62,668 bases of DNA, filler included, from Dugesia japonica (GCA_001938525.1; 6 parts of 6 records of this genome joined end to end with filler, not necessarily neighbours in it), one strand, 5' to 3'. Shown: positions 12,148-25,285, counted from the first letter of the whole stretch. A program made the numbers and translations. Notes: generated by a model from the letters alone, not told the origin.

Positions 12148-15100
12148 ATTATTATTATAATTATTCTTATTATTAATATAATTATTAATTGTTATTATTA
12201 TTATTAATATTATTGTTTTTAGTTATTGTTTTTGTAATTAATAAAGACAAACGACCCTTTTTAATTATAAAAAAAACAATTAAAAAGTGATACATATAAT
12301 ATTATATTATCAGAAAATACAGTTTAAAATATGTACGGATAAGAAACGTAGTTTGGAAGCTCCTGCTCCAGAGATCCATCTAAAATTGAACCTTTTTTTA
12401 TATTACGTGTTTTGCGTAAGAACCAAAATCATTATATAAAACATAAAAAATAACTATAAATAAATTATCCTCGTCGTATCCTTTGTCTATTTCAATGATA
12501 TAATGTTACATTAATGATTTACATGATGCAATTCAGAAAACTAAAGTTTTGTCAATATTTTAGAAACTATGGATTTATGTTTCAAGATTTTAAAACATTA
12601 ATAAAAATTATTTTTCACATATACTTTAAAGGTTCTTAGAAAACAAAATTTTCACGATAATAAGAATCTGAACAACTTTACATAGGTTACATAAAATAGG
12701 ATTTAATATCTTTCAGTGTTGATTTAATAATTGCTATGAATCATATTAAAGTGAATAGTAACAATATTTCTAAGTGATAGTTTTAATTTCTAATTTTATT
12801 AATAAAAACGTAAATTTTCTTAAATAATAATTAAATAAATTTATACGGAAAAGTTACTTTATAAACATTCCCATATGTTCCTTTCCCTACAATTTCTATT
12901 AAGGAAAATATTCCAGCCGGGTCCTAAATGATAATTATATTTATTTATGTGAGTTATGAAAACAAAATACCTTAAGACTTTCTAAATTAACAATAGGTTG
13001 AGATAAAGACATTTATAGAGGGAACTAAAATTTAAAAATAAAGTAAAATAAATTTATTTGAAGTAACAATTGATAATTATTATAAATAATGTATTAATAA
13101 TACAAAAAATTATTAATTCATCCATTAGTTGATTTTTAAAGTAAATATAGATAGAATTCGAAATTTAAAACAAATTTAAAAAGGTCAAATTTCGTTATTT
13201 TAATATTATATTTGTAAGAAATAATTTAAGTTTAGTAGATAAATTTAATTTACTTAATTCACCAGAAATATATGAATTCAGCCTAACAAATGCTATCTGG
13301 ATATTTATAGCTTAAATGTGATATTATAAAATAATTTATTGTTACAAAGTTAACAATGTTGCAAATATTTTTGTATTTTAATTGAGCTAAAACAATCTTA
13401 TTTAGAGGTAAAATGTATCTTATTTATTAAAAAAAGTTTTATTGCTGACCTTAAAATTTTAATTTATTGTGATTCCAAAATTACTTTAATATTATTACTT
13501 TTGTTTTGATGATGCATTGTCAGATCTGAAACCTGATTTTCTTAGTTAAAGTAAAATTATCTTTGTTGTATTTAAATCTATTATTATATTTCTCTTCTAT
13601 ATTTAAAACCTTGTATATATCAGTTGTTATTTTAATTTAACAGTAGTCATGAAATATTTTAATTTCTTTGTTTAAGTAAAAAAAAGTGGAAACCGCATAA
13701 AAATAGTGTGGAAATTATTCACCAAGTAATGTAGCCAAACATATTATGCTTTATTATCAAATATATAAGATTTACTTTTAAAGTATAGTAATTAAATTCG
13801 ATCATCTACTGATGTTGTTAAAATCCTCGATTCGGATGATATCAATTGCTTAGCTATAAAGGATAATGGTGGATATTTATCCATGCAAGAAGGTGAACAT
13901 TTATCTACGAAAACTAAATATATTAGGTGCGGTCAAAGTTCACGTTACTAAGAACGACTTCCAGGAATCCCATCGACTGGAACGCTGTAATAGGTTTTTA
14001 TCGATGAAATCATGATTTCTAAATGTTAAAAATTGTTTATTATAAATTTTACGTGTTTGCATATATTGTATTTTTTGGGATTCAGCATATTTGCCAACAA
14101 AAAATAAACGAATTATATATTTTTCTAAAAATAATTTTTTATATTTTCTTAAATTAAAATTACTTTAGATACACCTCCAGTTTCTTTGTCAAAAGAGAAC
14201 ATTTATTTATGGATTATAAATATCAGATTTTAAAGATCTCAGCTTGATTGTCCCTAATTCCAAGTTCTGTGAATGATCTATCAAAAACTGTATAATTTTG
14301 TTTTGGATTACTTTTTGAATTCTAACTTGATACCGTGCAAGAGTTGTTTTACATATTTCATTGTTTCCAATTAATGCAAAATCTTATTTTCATTTAATCG
14401 TAAAGCTTTTATTTTCGTTTATTTGCAATTTGACATCACAATAATGAAATTACATTAATAATTTGATTTCAATTTGACTTACCAGATATTTTGTCAGTTA
14501 ACACAATTGATCTTGATTAGCGTTTACAACACTTCAAATCAAAGAACTAAATGAATCTTTACGAAATATTGACAGAAAATTTCTTGGAATGGTAATGGTT
14601 TCATAATAAACCACAAACAAATGCAACAAGCAGGTAAAGAAACATCAAATTTTGAACCTAAAACAAAATTATTTATACGAAGTACCTTTATGAATTTTTT
14701 TTAAAATTGTTGAATTCTTAAAATGTAATGGAGTTACATCAATGGAACGTCAAGACTCAATTTTGGCTTTATTGTTATGTTATATAAATTTAGACATCTT
14801 CAAATGGTATTTGTGAATATTTCTCCTAGTAAACTACGTGTTTTTGGTTCAATTGCTGCTTTTGTTTTTTACAGTTAATTGATCTATTCTCGTAACTTGT
14901 TCGTTAAAAGTTTTCTGGCATGATCATTCAAAATGTCGTGTGATTATTGAAGAATTTTTAAATTTGATTTCGGATCATTACAATCTTTTTTATATTGATC
15001 AATCTTTTCCTTTAAGTTCGCGATTTTGCTTTTATTGAAACCTTTTTATCTTAAACATAATTACTTTTATTTTCACGAAAAGTCTTATTTTTATCACTTT

Positions 15101-15724
15101 CGCCAGATAAAGATTCTCTTAAAAATCAATTTATGTTTAAAGTTTGGATATTTACGATTTTTTCTTTTTATCTAATGTTGATTATTTATCTAAAAAACTG
15201 GGTGATTTATTTCTAGATCTTGATTTAGCTCTTAATCTTATTGAATAATATTGATCATGTTTAATCTGCATTCGAATTCAGTAATTGCCACATGTTTTAA
15301 TTTTTTTCATATAATTTCATGATTGATTCCATCGAGAATTTCATCAACTTCAGATTCTTAATTTTTATATCATTCCAAAACGACGTTCTGGTTGTCTTTT
15401 TCATTCTCTAATATTTTTCAATTATATAATCGTTTAATATTTCTGTATTTTGACCACAACACAATATTTTTCAGCTGTTTATTTGTTAATGTAATTTAAA
15501 AAGAATATTTATTGTTCTAATATACCACCAAATGTATATTTCTTAAAAATTCAATATATAAAGCCCGACTAACCTTAATGATCTTGAAGGCCACTTTGAA
15601 AATGCGTTTTAATCTCCCGATCCGCATGCATATATAAAATTTGTTATGCACACAACAAATCATTGTTATATTTATCTGTATTAAAATATTTATTAAAAAC
15701 AAATATGATGCACAAATTAAACAT

Positions 15725-16779
15725 TGTTGGGGTGAAACACCAGATTAATAAAGAAAATAAAGACCAGGGGCTCAAAGTCTAACAATAATGAAGAAAGAGG
15801 TAGAAAAGAAACCTAATCAAGAAAGATAGTTACAGTGGAAAGCGTACGAGTATCAACAAAAGAAGGGAAAGAAAAAGCAAGTACGAATAATCACTATGGC
15901 TAAAATATGAAGAAAATAATTAATAAAAGAGCGAAAGAAGATAGACGTGAAGATCTCGAGTGAACAAAGTTAACCCACATCAGTGTTAATAATTAAAAGA
16001 AATTATGGATTTAATAATAAAAATCCAGAAAATTTCTTTTGAAGAACTATTAATTATCCGAAAAATTAATTAATTTTGGAAATAAAATAAATCTAAATTA
16101 GATAAAAATTAGTTTTTATGAATATCTCTGCTCAGAATAATCACAGAGACTCGTAGAAAGAAAAAGATCTGGGGCAATAGGATTTTGCCATTAGAAAACC
16201 ATAACACCATCAGGAGAACCCGCACAGGGATTGGAAGATTGGGCCAATAAGGGTCACAAAAATAAAATAAAGATTGGAAAATCACATGGTGATTTAAAAA
16301 TAGCTCCCAATAAGAATTCTAAAACTCTATAAAAAATTTGGAATTTAGCACAAAAACCAATGGAAAGTAAGAAATATGAACTAAAAATAGAAAACCAATG
16401 ACAATGATGCGGAGTTGCATCGGAAAATGGTATTTAAACTCCACCTAAATCAGAAGAAAGAAACAAAACAATTTCAATTTTATCTATAAGCAAGTAAAAA
16501 GAAATTTTTTATCACTTTTCAAGTATTGAGGGATTTATTGTTAACTACTGAATTAATTTTGCAGTAAGGAAAGATGGTGACATTAATCGCAAATTAATCC
16601 AAAAAGTTGAAGTAAATTTGTCAACGTTTGTTCTCAAATTAATTTGGTATTGTCGAAAGGAAATCAGAATCGGTAGCGAAATTCACTAATCCTCGTCAAA
16701 CAGTATTTGTCTATATTCATTCCTTGCAGAGATCACACTAACTTACTAGTAAGTAAAGTGTTTGTGATTTTTCTTGTGT
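15725..16779 (+). mobile_element. Probable 5' part (U3/R) of a long LTR
   Basis: Starts TGTTGGGGT, the inverse of the ACCCCAACA end of the repeat at 22073. Purine-rich stretch, CCAAT boxes at 16244, 16307, 16357 and 16395, TATTTAAA at 16431. Ends at a gap. Confidence 0.5.
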
Positions 16780-17955
16780 NNNNNNNNNNNNNNNNNNNNN
16801 NNNNNNNNNNNNNNNNNNNNNNNNNNNNNNNNNAATCCTGTTTATTAGGTATTTTATAGGACAATTATAGTAACTAGACGAAAAGAAAATATCGTTCTCA
16901 TAAATGGACATATCAACTCTGATCCACACGTTTCTGATCTTTCTTGCAGCCGATACACCGTTTGGATAACAATTCACATATAATTTTATTATCGTGAATA
17001 AACTAATGCGGTTATTTAGCAGTTATCAGTGAAAACTTCATAAAAAATTCAAACCTGCTTGGGTGTGTCCCAGTAGTCATNNNNNNNNNNNNNNNNNNNN
17101 NNNNNNNNNNNNNNNNNNNNNNNNNNNNNNTATATTACTCGAACATAGACAGCAATTTATCTATTTTTATTTTGCATGTTGAATTGGTTGCTGACATTAG
17201 TTGCAAAGTCAAATTTTGTCAGATAACCATGTGTTTAGAACATTGCTTATCAAAATTACATACCATGCTTCTCGTCTCAGTACTGGTGTGTATTTAAGTT
17301 TGTTAGTGTTAATGTGTATCAATACCAGTGTTAAGTGATAAAAAATTTAGAGTTGATAACAAAGCAACCAATTTGGGCGGTCATTTAAAACTGAAAAATT
17401 TTCGGTATAATAATTAAATCCGAATAAATTATTAAACCGGCATTTCCCCTATTATTATCACATATCTGGGGCATTATCTAATGTTCTTAAATAAAGAGGA
17501 ATGATTAGGATTAATAAGTTTAATAAATCAAACGACTCGGGTAGCAATAATAATAGGATTATCATAACGATTCATTACAAACTTTTGCATTTTTTATTTT
17601 ATTTTATAATTATTAATAACGTATTATTATTACTACTACTGGATTCATCTTTATGCCCATATAAAACGCATTATGTTAAGTGGATATATACCAGCATGAT
17701 AATTGATATTATTTCCATTAGAATTCTTATAATAATGAATCCTGTTAATATTCTAATAAACCTCCTTACGATTACTTTCCGTCGATGTTATCTAGAAAAG
17801 TCCGGGTACGAGTAATGGTAATTGCTAATTATCGTTATTATAAACAGTAATTCTATGCCAGTCATATTTTGAGCATTGACCTAAAGGTAATCAAATCTGG
17901 GAAATTCACATCGTACTGATTAGTGTTAATGTGCCTAAAGTTGAATATTTAGATT

Positions 17956-18138
17956 ATGCCAACCGAACTAAGAAATATGCTCAGATTGATTCGGAAGCAA
18001 CATATGACTGCTCGATTGAGGCAATTACTGGCCCACATTTTGTCACACGGTGAGATCGAGTATCCCGACGAAACCGACCTCCGGTGTTTCGTCGAGATGT
18101 TCTCCTTACCTTTAAAGGTGGACATCGACGAGGAGTGA
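17956..18138 (+). CDS. Small hypothetical protein (cassette 1)
   Basis: GC-richer 60-aa ORF preceded by a TTTAG acceptor (17952) and followed by AATAAA (18189). Confidence 0.45.
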   Translation: MPTELRNMLRLIRKQHMTARLRQLLAHILSHGEIEYPDETDLRCFVEMFSLPLKVDIDEE

Positions 18139-18290
18139 CGATCTTTCCTTAAAATATATTTTGTTTATTATTAGTCCTATTTGTTTAAAATAAAAAAAGT
18201 TTTTTCTTCAAAGTTATCTAGTCTTATTTGTTCTATGTAACTAATTCATACCAATTAATTTGGCTCATAAATTAATTTTAAATAATAGAA

Positions 18291-18560
18291 ATGGATTATA
18301 AATGGGAGCTGATACAAGATCGTATTACCGGTAGGATAATATTTAAGAGATATCGAAATCCCTATAACCGGAATGCCGAAGTAATGGTAAACAGGTCAAA
18401 TCTACCCGCCAGAGCTACCTATGAGGAACGGATGATGGACGCTACTGACCGTCAGGCGTATTATCAGTGGATTGGCCCCAATCGTAGTCGCATCACTCTT
18501 TCAGCGAGAATAATGTCTACGAATTACGTAAACGGAATGCNAGTTTACGAACGAGTTTGA
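18291..18560 (+). CDS. Small hypothetical protein (cassette 2)
   Basis: 89-aa ORF, AATAG acceptor at 18288, AATAAA at 18744. Confidence 0.45.
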   Translation: MDYKWELIQDRITGRIIFKRYRNPYNRNAEVMVNRSNLPARATYEERMMDATDRQAYYQWIGPNRSRITLSARIMSTNYVNGMXVYERV

Positions 18561-18896
18561 GAGAGAACAGCCCGCTCCCTTTAACACCAGTCATGACTCC
18601 TGTAGGGATAGGTGGGTTGATAAATGACACCTTATGGGGTGTTCGCAATGCATTTAGTAGCGGCAACGATGAGAATGTCAACCTCTGTCCTATCAACGAA
18701 ACCTCTGTATAAACTGCTATTTATAAGAATTTGTGTATGAAAAAATAAAATTTAGAAAACGAATTCCTGCATATCTTAGTGTTTTATTTGTCATAAAATT
18801 AACCGAGCATATTTCGTGGCCTTTCGTAATAATTAATGATTAATCAGTCTTAAATTTTTTAACTGTTGTTTGAACATATAATTTACATTTTTTTAG

Positions 18897-19237
18897 TGCA
18901 TTTTTCGTTAAACCGTGCCGTAGCTCCCACCAAGAAATTGAGAGAATCAAGCGATGGTGCGGAAATAACATGGGACCTATATAAGCTTGCAAAGCGACGT
19001 TGGGAGGCTGATACTTCTTCAGCGGAGGCCAAGGTATAGCGGTAAAAGGCCAAATGTGTCGCATTTATAAAAGAGGCTGAAAGAGTATGGAAGACCCAGA
19101 TAGAGTCCTTCACCGAAGTCATTCGGTCCTACTAAGACCGAGAAAATAAACTGGTCAATGATATTCTAAAGCTAAAAGCGGCGATGCCGCTCGAACCTCG
19201 GATGGTCGACAAAGCCACCCAGACATCGTGTTCGTGA
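18897..19237 (+). pseudogene. Small coiled-coil-like hypothetical protein with three in-frame stops (cassette 3)
   Basis: TTTTAG|TG CAT.. frame reads HFSLNRAVAPTKKLRESSDGAEITWDLYKLAKRRWEAD..AEAKV*R*KAKC..RSY*DRENKLVNDILKLKAAMPLEPRMVDKATQTSCS*. Each stop is one C>T from Gln. AATAAA at 19266. Confidence 0.5.
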
Positions 19238-19348
19238 ATTTCGCTGTTCTTACTCCGAATTTGTAAATAAAAGTTTTGATTGGTTCATTTTTTTATAATT
19301 AGTCTTGAATCAGAATGAAGTCACATTTTATTAACATTATTTATTTAG

Positions 19349-19710
19349 TGCCACGAATTATATTCCCTAACAGTTTAAGGCGCTGCCACAGAATAATCCA
19401 GCGACTTCTGTTGAAGCGTCATCTCAAACAACAGACTAAACATGCCTTACTCAAACATCTCGCGCGGCGAAATAAACTAATAAAAAAGCTAGACATCATC
19501 GTGAAAAAACAAGGTGANCTTGCAGANNAAACCAAGAGGATTCTGCAAAACAAAATTGAATTCTTACAGCACTATATNGCTGATTTGTCGAGGCAACTAG
19601 GAAACGCAGCATGGCTTCATTGGGATGACAACGACGATGAAGCTGCCTTCAAATTTTTAGATGACAATCCCATCTAGTGGTTAGACCTGGGTGCTATGGA
19701 TCTCCTGTAA
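19349..19710 (+). CDS. Small basic hypothetical protein with acidic tail (cassette 4)
   Basis: TTTAG|TG CCA CGA.. open frame to 19677, extendable past one TAG to 19710. K/R-rich helix then WDDNDDEAAF. Confidence 0.45.
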
Positions 19711-20779
19711 TATAACATAAAATATAACTTAGTTTTTATAACTTGTTAATTAGTTTTGATTATAATATCATAAGGGAAAATAAGGAACCCGAATTAAAGG
19801 TGTACGAGTGTGTACCTCAAATAAGCGTTGGAGTATCTAACAAAGGGACGTTAGATTCGAATCCTTGAAGGGGATCCCCTGAGGGCCGTTTTTCCCCCGC
19901 CAGCGTTTCTTTGCACCATCAACTCAGGTGGAACACCAACAATATTTTCGAAATTGTTTTGATTCTCCTGAGCCGCAAAATTATCCACAACGAGTCCCAT
20001 GTGGATAGTGGGCGGCGGATATGCCACCAGTGCAAATTGCACGGTGCAATACATGTTAATAATTTTCTTCGTCAATACTTAAACAGGATTTAATTAATTT
20101 ACAGCTTAATCAATTAATTAAATTCACAATTCGTAAATTTATAGTTACCTTTAGCTTTAAGTAATTTTTATTGGTAATTTTAATATAATATAAGTTGATA
20201 TTTCGTAAAAAGACAATAGTTTAAAATGTGAATATCTATAAAACAACAATTTAATTTAATTGAAGCTATTATTTTATTTTAATGAAATAAGTTATATCAT
20301 TAATAACAGNNNNNNNNNNNNNNNNNNNNNNNNNNNNNNNNNNNNNNNNNNNNNNNNNGAATATTCAAAGTCGTATAACTTTTGAAAAGATTCATAAAAT
20401 TTAATTATTTTATCTTAGCCGTTTTGGATTTTACATTTCCATGTTCAGTTTGGCATTGTAATTAATAACTGGATATTACTATATCATAACTGGACATGTA
20501 TAGGAAGGTTAACAGTGATAAGGTTAAGAATAGGTGAATACGTATTTTAAGAAATGTAAAGATAGTTTTTAATTCTGAGCCAAATGATGACAAAATATTA
20601 TCATTATTTTATCATTATATGCAACTATTATCATTATAATATACTTTTTTCAAGGAAATATTTTTCGCTATATTTTTTAGACAATGTATAGGTAACTTTT
20701 TATTCTGAGTTGAGTGGTAACAATTTCATCATAACAATCGATTTAATGAAAAATATATTGATTTATAATGTTGACATTC

Positions 20780-21950
20780 ATCGGGGAGGAAATAAATAAA
20801 TTTAATTAATTCGCTTTTAATAAAATTTTTAATGATTTGATTTATGGTTTTCATGAATTTTAAGGATTCGTGGGGATTTTGTGAATTTTCAGAGATGTAT
20901 GGGATTTTCGGCAATTTTTAGTAGTTTTTNNNNNNNNNNNNNNNNNNNNNNNNNNNNNNNNNNNNNNNNNNNNNNNNNNNNNNNNNNNNNNNNNNNNNNN
21001 NAATTTTAAGGGACTTATTGGGATTTTTCGGGGATTTTAGGGATTCCTTGAGATTTCATGATTTTTGTGGGATTTTTTGTAGTTTTCTAAGGGTTTTTAA
21101 TGGTATTGTGTATGAGTTTTATATGAGGATATAAAACATTTGACTTGTTTGAGAGGTTTTATACGAGTTTTATGAACTTTTTTGAATATTTCATAAATTG
21201 TTTAGCGATTCATGAAGCTATTTTGAATTTTAAGGGATATATGAGGATTTATGGATATAATTTATTGGGTTTTTATCAGTTTTATATATGATGTTATCAC
21301 GGATTTTGCTTGTTTTGACGTTTTATGAGAATTTTAAGAACTTTATTGAATATTTCATGAATTTTTATGGATTTATGGATTTTCATAAATTTGAAAGGAT
21401 TTATGAGGTTTGTCATGAATTTTATTGGATGTATTATGGTTTATTGCGATTTTTCATGATTTTTTTTATTTCATCAAATTTTAGGATTCTTATAAATTTC
21501 ATGAATTTATTGGAATTATTGTGGTTTAAAAAGAGTTTTATAATGGTATTTTATGAGTTTTATATAGTGGCTTTTTACTAGTTTTAAGGACTTTGTCAAA
21601 TATTTCATAGATGTTTAGGATTTTGTAAATTTTAATGGGTTTATGCGGTTTTTCTTTAGGTTTTTCTGAAATTAAATGAAATTATGAGGCTTTTCATGTA
21701 TTTTTAGGAGTTTTAAGGGGTTTTTAAGGAAATTTTATAAATTTAATATGATTTTATAATAGGCTTTAAGTGGTTGAATAATGCTAATATAGAGGTTGTA
21801 AAGACTTTATTTAATATTTCTGAAATTTTTAAAAATTTATTTGTTTTTTCATGAGTTTTTAGGGATACATGAGGTTTGCATTAATTTTAAGGAATTTATG
21901 GCTGTTTTCGTGAATTTTAAAAGGTTTATGAGATATTTATAAAATATTCA
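20780..21950. repeat. Degenerate strand-skewed minisatellite (TTTTATGAG / TTTTAAGGGA / TTTCATGAA motifs)
   Basis: Recurrent short T/G-rich motifs. Confidence 0.7.
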
Positions 21951-22072
21951 GAAAGACTATCTATATGATGCTTAAATTTGTTTTACTTAGTATTTTTTCT
22001 TAGTACTTTCACATGACTTTATGTTATTATTAATGGTTTTATTATTAATATTCTTTAAGTTTTTAATAATTA

Positions 22073-22408
22073 TGTTGGGGTTTTACCCTTTATAGGTTGA
22101 TGATTTATGTGAATAAATTTAGGGGGGTCGAACTTTATATAAAATTAAGTCTAGGGTCATTGATTTGGTAAAACCCCGCGATGAATTTTAATCTGGTGTC
22201 CCCCGAAAATCCAGATCTTCGGAATGAAGCCGTTGACTCGTAGCTCGAGTACAGACTCNCATTCCTTTAGTTCGGGTTCGTTTACATGATACTCGCTTAA
22301 TTTTCTAATCAAAATTAGCTTTTACAATTATCCCTTAATAATTTTCCGTTACTCTATAATTGATTATAATCTTAATAGCTATTTAACAATTCCGAAAAAC
22401 AAAAGAAT
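22073..22408 (-). repeat. Interspersed structured repeat, probable LTR 3' end (copy 1)
   Basis: Reverse complement aligns closely with 53723-54060. Ends GGGTAAAACCCCAACA. Confidence 0.8.
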
Positions 22409-22508
22409 NNNNNNNNNNNNNNNNNNNNNNNNNNNNNNNNNNNNNNNNNNNNTTAATTAATTAANNNNNNNNNNNNNNNNNNNNNNNNNNNNNNNNNNNN
22501 NNNNNNNN
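22409..22508. other. Artificial contig linker
   Basis: N44-TTAATTAATTAA-N44. Confidence 0.97.
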
Positions 22509-22940
22509 AAGACAGAAAATATAAAAATTTGAATTAAAAAAAAATCAAAATACAGAATCTTGGCAACCGCCGAAAATTGAAATTAAATTAAAAGAAAGTA
22601 AAAAATATTTGGAATCTAGTTTGAATTCAAGCAGAAATAAAGTACAGATTAATCGGATCCAAATTGAAACAGTAATTTTAATTTTTGTTCTTTCGTCTTT
22701 TAATGAAATTGTTAATTTTTTAACTAGTTTGTTATTAGTGTTACTTTTATTTTTTTATATAAACTCTCGAGCATAAGTAAAATATTTTAAAATAACATAA
22801 CATACATCCCGGTTATTGCTCTAGAAGACTCTGTCGGGCTCAACAGACTTCCTTATCGAATAAAATAATTATATATAAAATAAAATAATTTGTATATTAA
22901 TAGATAAAATATTGAGATTAAGATCACATAACTTTACAAA
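22509..22940 (+). mobile_element. LTR fragment related to the solo LTR at 56011
   Basis: Shares the colinear blocks CTTGGCAACC(G/A)CCGAA, AACATACATC(C/A)CGGTT and CGGGCTCAA. Confidence 0.65.
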
Positions 22941-22959
22941 TTTTTATTTTAGCATTAGA

Positions 22960-23300
22960 GATTGTGTTGAAAGTGTTTGAATACTTCACTTTCTTTCTGT
23001 TTGAAATGTTCCTTAATTGCTGTTTGGATGATTCTACATGTTTCTCCTATATTGATGTATCTTTACAAATGGTACAAGTTATTTTATAAGTGATATTTTT
23101 CATATTGCGTGTTGCATTTCTACCATTACAAATGCATTTTGGGACCACAAAGGTTTTGTATTGGTTTCTGAAATTGGATACCCAAAGGTGTTTGCGTTTT
23201 GAATATTATTCTTGGATCGTGCTTGATTTTCAATTGTTTATTATATTTTGCATGATTTCGCTACATTTCTCATTAATAAGAAATCATTTAATTCGTATGT
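22960..23300 (-). mobile_element. Penelope-like GIY-YIG endonuclease fragment
   Basis: Minus strand CGPK.CIC..ITYKITCTICK..IGETCR..IKEH..SEVFKH. Homologous to 37865-38165. Confidence 0.85.
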
Positions 23301-23463
23301 TTGTTATTTTTTGGATTTTATTATATTTTGTATTCGAAAATAAATATTTAGAAAGAAATCAATTCCATTTCTAAATTTGAAGATAATCTCTCAGCTCTAA
23401 TTCTTTCACCCTTGACTATTACAATTTTCTGTTTGATGGTAGTATTACTACTCCAGGATAAAA

Positions 23464-23855
23464 CAGGATGCCTCATAAGTTTCCATACATATGAAAAATA
23501 AATATAAAAAAGAAAAGGAAACCATTTTTATTCATATAACATGCTCTACATGGCCACCATGGTTCTAGAAACACGTTTTAATGCGCATTATATACTGCTA
23601 AAAAACACGTGTAAGCACAACTAAAGTTATGCTTGTAATGGCGTCTATGATCCGTTCTTTATTTGATTTATGGTTCGAATCTTTTCCTGATACACCATGG
23701 CCTTCAAATGGTCACAAAGATAAAAATATAATTGGCTAAGATCGGGGGATCTGGTAGGACATTCCATAGGATCACTCCTACCTATCCAAGCATCTAGAAG
23801 CTGCTGATTAATGTTAACATCTTTACCTATGTATGCAAACTTATGGGACACCCTG
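23464..23855 (-). mobile_element. Internally deleted Tc1/mariner-superfamily element (WIGR..PRSPDL type)
   Basis: 27-bp imperfect TIRs CAGGATGCCTCATAAGTTTCCATACAT / ATGTATGCAAACTTATGGGACACCCTG. Residual WIGRSDPMECPTRSPDLSQLYFYLCDHLKAMVY. Confidence 0.85.
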
Positions 23856-24714
23856 TATATGTCAATTGTGAAATGGTTTCATATATGATTGGCTAGTTAA
23901 TATTTCACCAGGTTTCTTTGGCATTAAGGTGTTCAGAAAATGAATCTGAAAGTCAATTGATTTCTCTAAGTGAATTTAATGCTATCATTAATACTATTGG
24001 CTAATTCCAAAATATTCTCTAAAGGAGAACTAGTAACAAAGAAAATATCGTCAATGCNNNNNNNNNNNNNNNNNNNNNNNNNNNNNNNNNNNNNNNNNNN
24101 NNNNNNNATACAAGAAGCAAACCAACTAATAATCAAAGACAAGGTAGAACAAGAAGAGAAAAATTTTATAGATTCAGACTGTTTCAAATGATACGAGATA
24201 AAGAAAAAGTCAAGCTGTTTCGATCAAATAAGATGTTAACATATGCAAATGGCTCACCGATTAAGGTAATTGAAGATTCTTTAATAAATGTAACTNNNNG
24301 AAATAAAACTAATAGAATTAGGATGACTATTGTAGATAAATTGTTCTCAAAAGTCATAATAGGAATAAGAGATATGAAAAAGATGAACATCTCGATTTTA
24401 CAAAACTAGACTGTGTGACTGTAGATGAAATAAAAGTACCTTTCATATCCAAAATATGAGAGCTAAGAGAAAACTAAAGAGCACTGTATCCGGGGGTCCA
24501 AATAATAGTGCGAGAAGTGTGAATGGGGCTCAAATGTGTACAGTAAAAGTTATATTAGACAATACAGTTAAAATTTTGAGAAAAGAGGAAGTAACTGTTT
24601 TAGCTAGTGTATATAGCAATATTTCTTGTTTGAAGGAAGTTTTATTTAGTCCTTATAAAGATAAGTTAGCAAATATAGGGGTTGTTAGAGAAACTCGTAA
24701 AAAAATTAATACTA

Positions 24715-25115
24715 CTCATTGCAAGACAAACTTTTTGTTTGAAATAATTTTTGGTGATCTCTGGAATATCTGTATGTTCTTTGTATCTTTCAAAGAAATC
24801 ACTCACAATATCAATGGCATATTCAGGTCCTTCAATTGGAATTGATCCAAATATAGATTTGTTATATCTATTGAACCAAATTCATCATCACTCTTCCTGT
24901 TATAATTCTTAATTCGTTCGATAAACTCGTAACTATTATTTAAATGAATGAAACTTAATAGTGATTTTAATATTATACATAATGAGAAATGTAGCCAAAT
25001 CATGCCAAATTTAATAAAAAATCGAGATAATAATATTCACAACGCAAGCACATTTGGGTATCCAATTACAGAAACCACGACAAAACCATTGTGGTCCCAA
25101 ATGCATTTGTGATGT
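24715..25115. mobile_element. Penelope-like fragments inserted in the Gypsy element (RT piece on -, linker/EN piece on +)
   Basis: Minus DDEFGSIDITNLY (PLE RT SFDVTSLY motif). Plus 24980-25110 is homologous to 37865-38010. Confidence 0.7.
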
Positions 25116-25117
25116 TA

Positions 25118-25285
25118 GCCATGGCGTAGCTAGGGTATGTGTCGCCTGGCGCAATTCTTAAAATTCCCGTCACCCCATATATTTTTTAAGACTAAATTGG
25201 ACCTTCCTAAAATACTATAACTTAGCTGAGTAATTAATTTACCAAAAAGGAGACTCTAGGCCAAAAAAGGTTTNGAACCACTGAT
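25118..25285. mobile_element. hAT-like MITE ends
   Basis: CCATGGCGTAGCTAGGG..GTCGCCTGGCGC 5' end and AAAGGTTTNGAACCACTG 3' end. They may belong to two elements. Confidence 0.45.

Noticed and set aside
13800-15700. Coding-like decayed sequence
   Set aside because: No recognisable motif in the frames I translated; cannot assign.
21288-21581. Hydrophobic 97-aa ORF
   Set aside because: Translation of a T-rich minisatellite.
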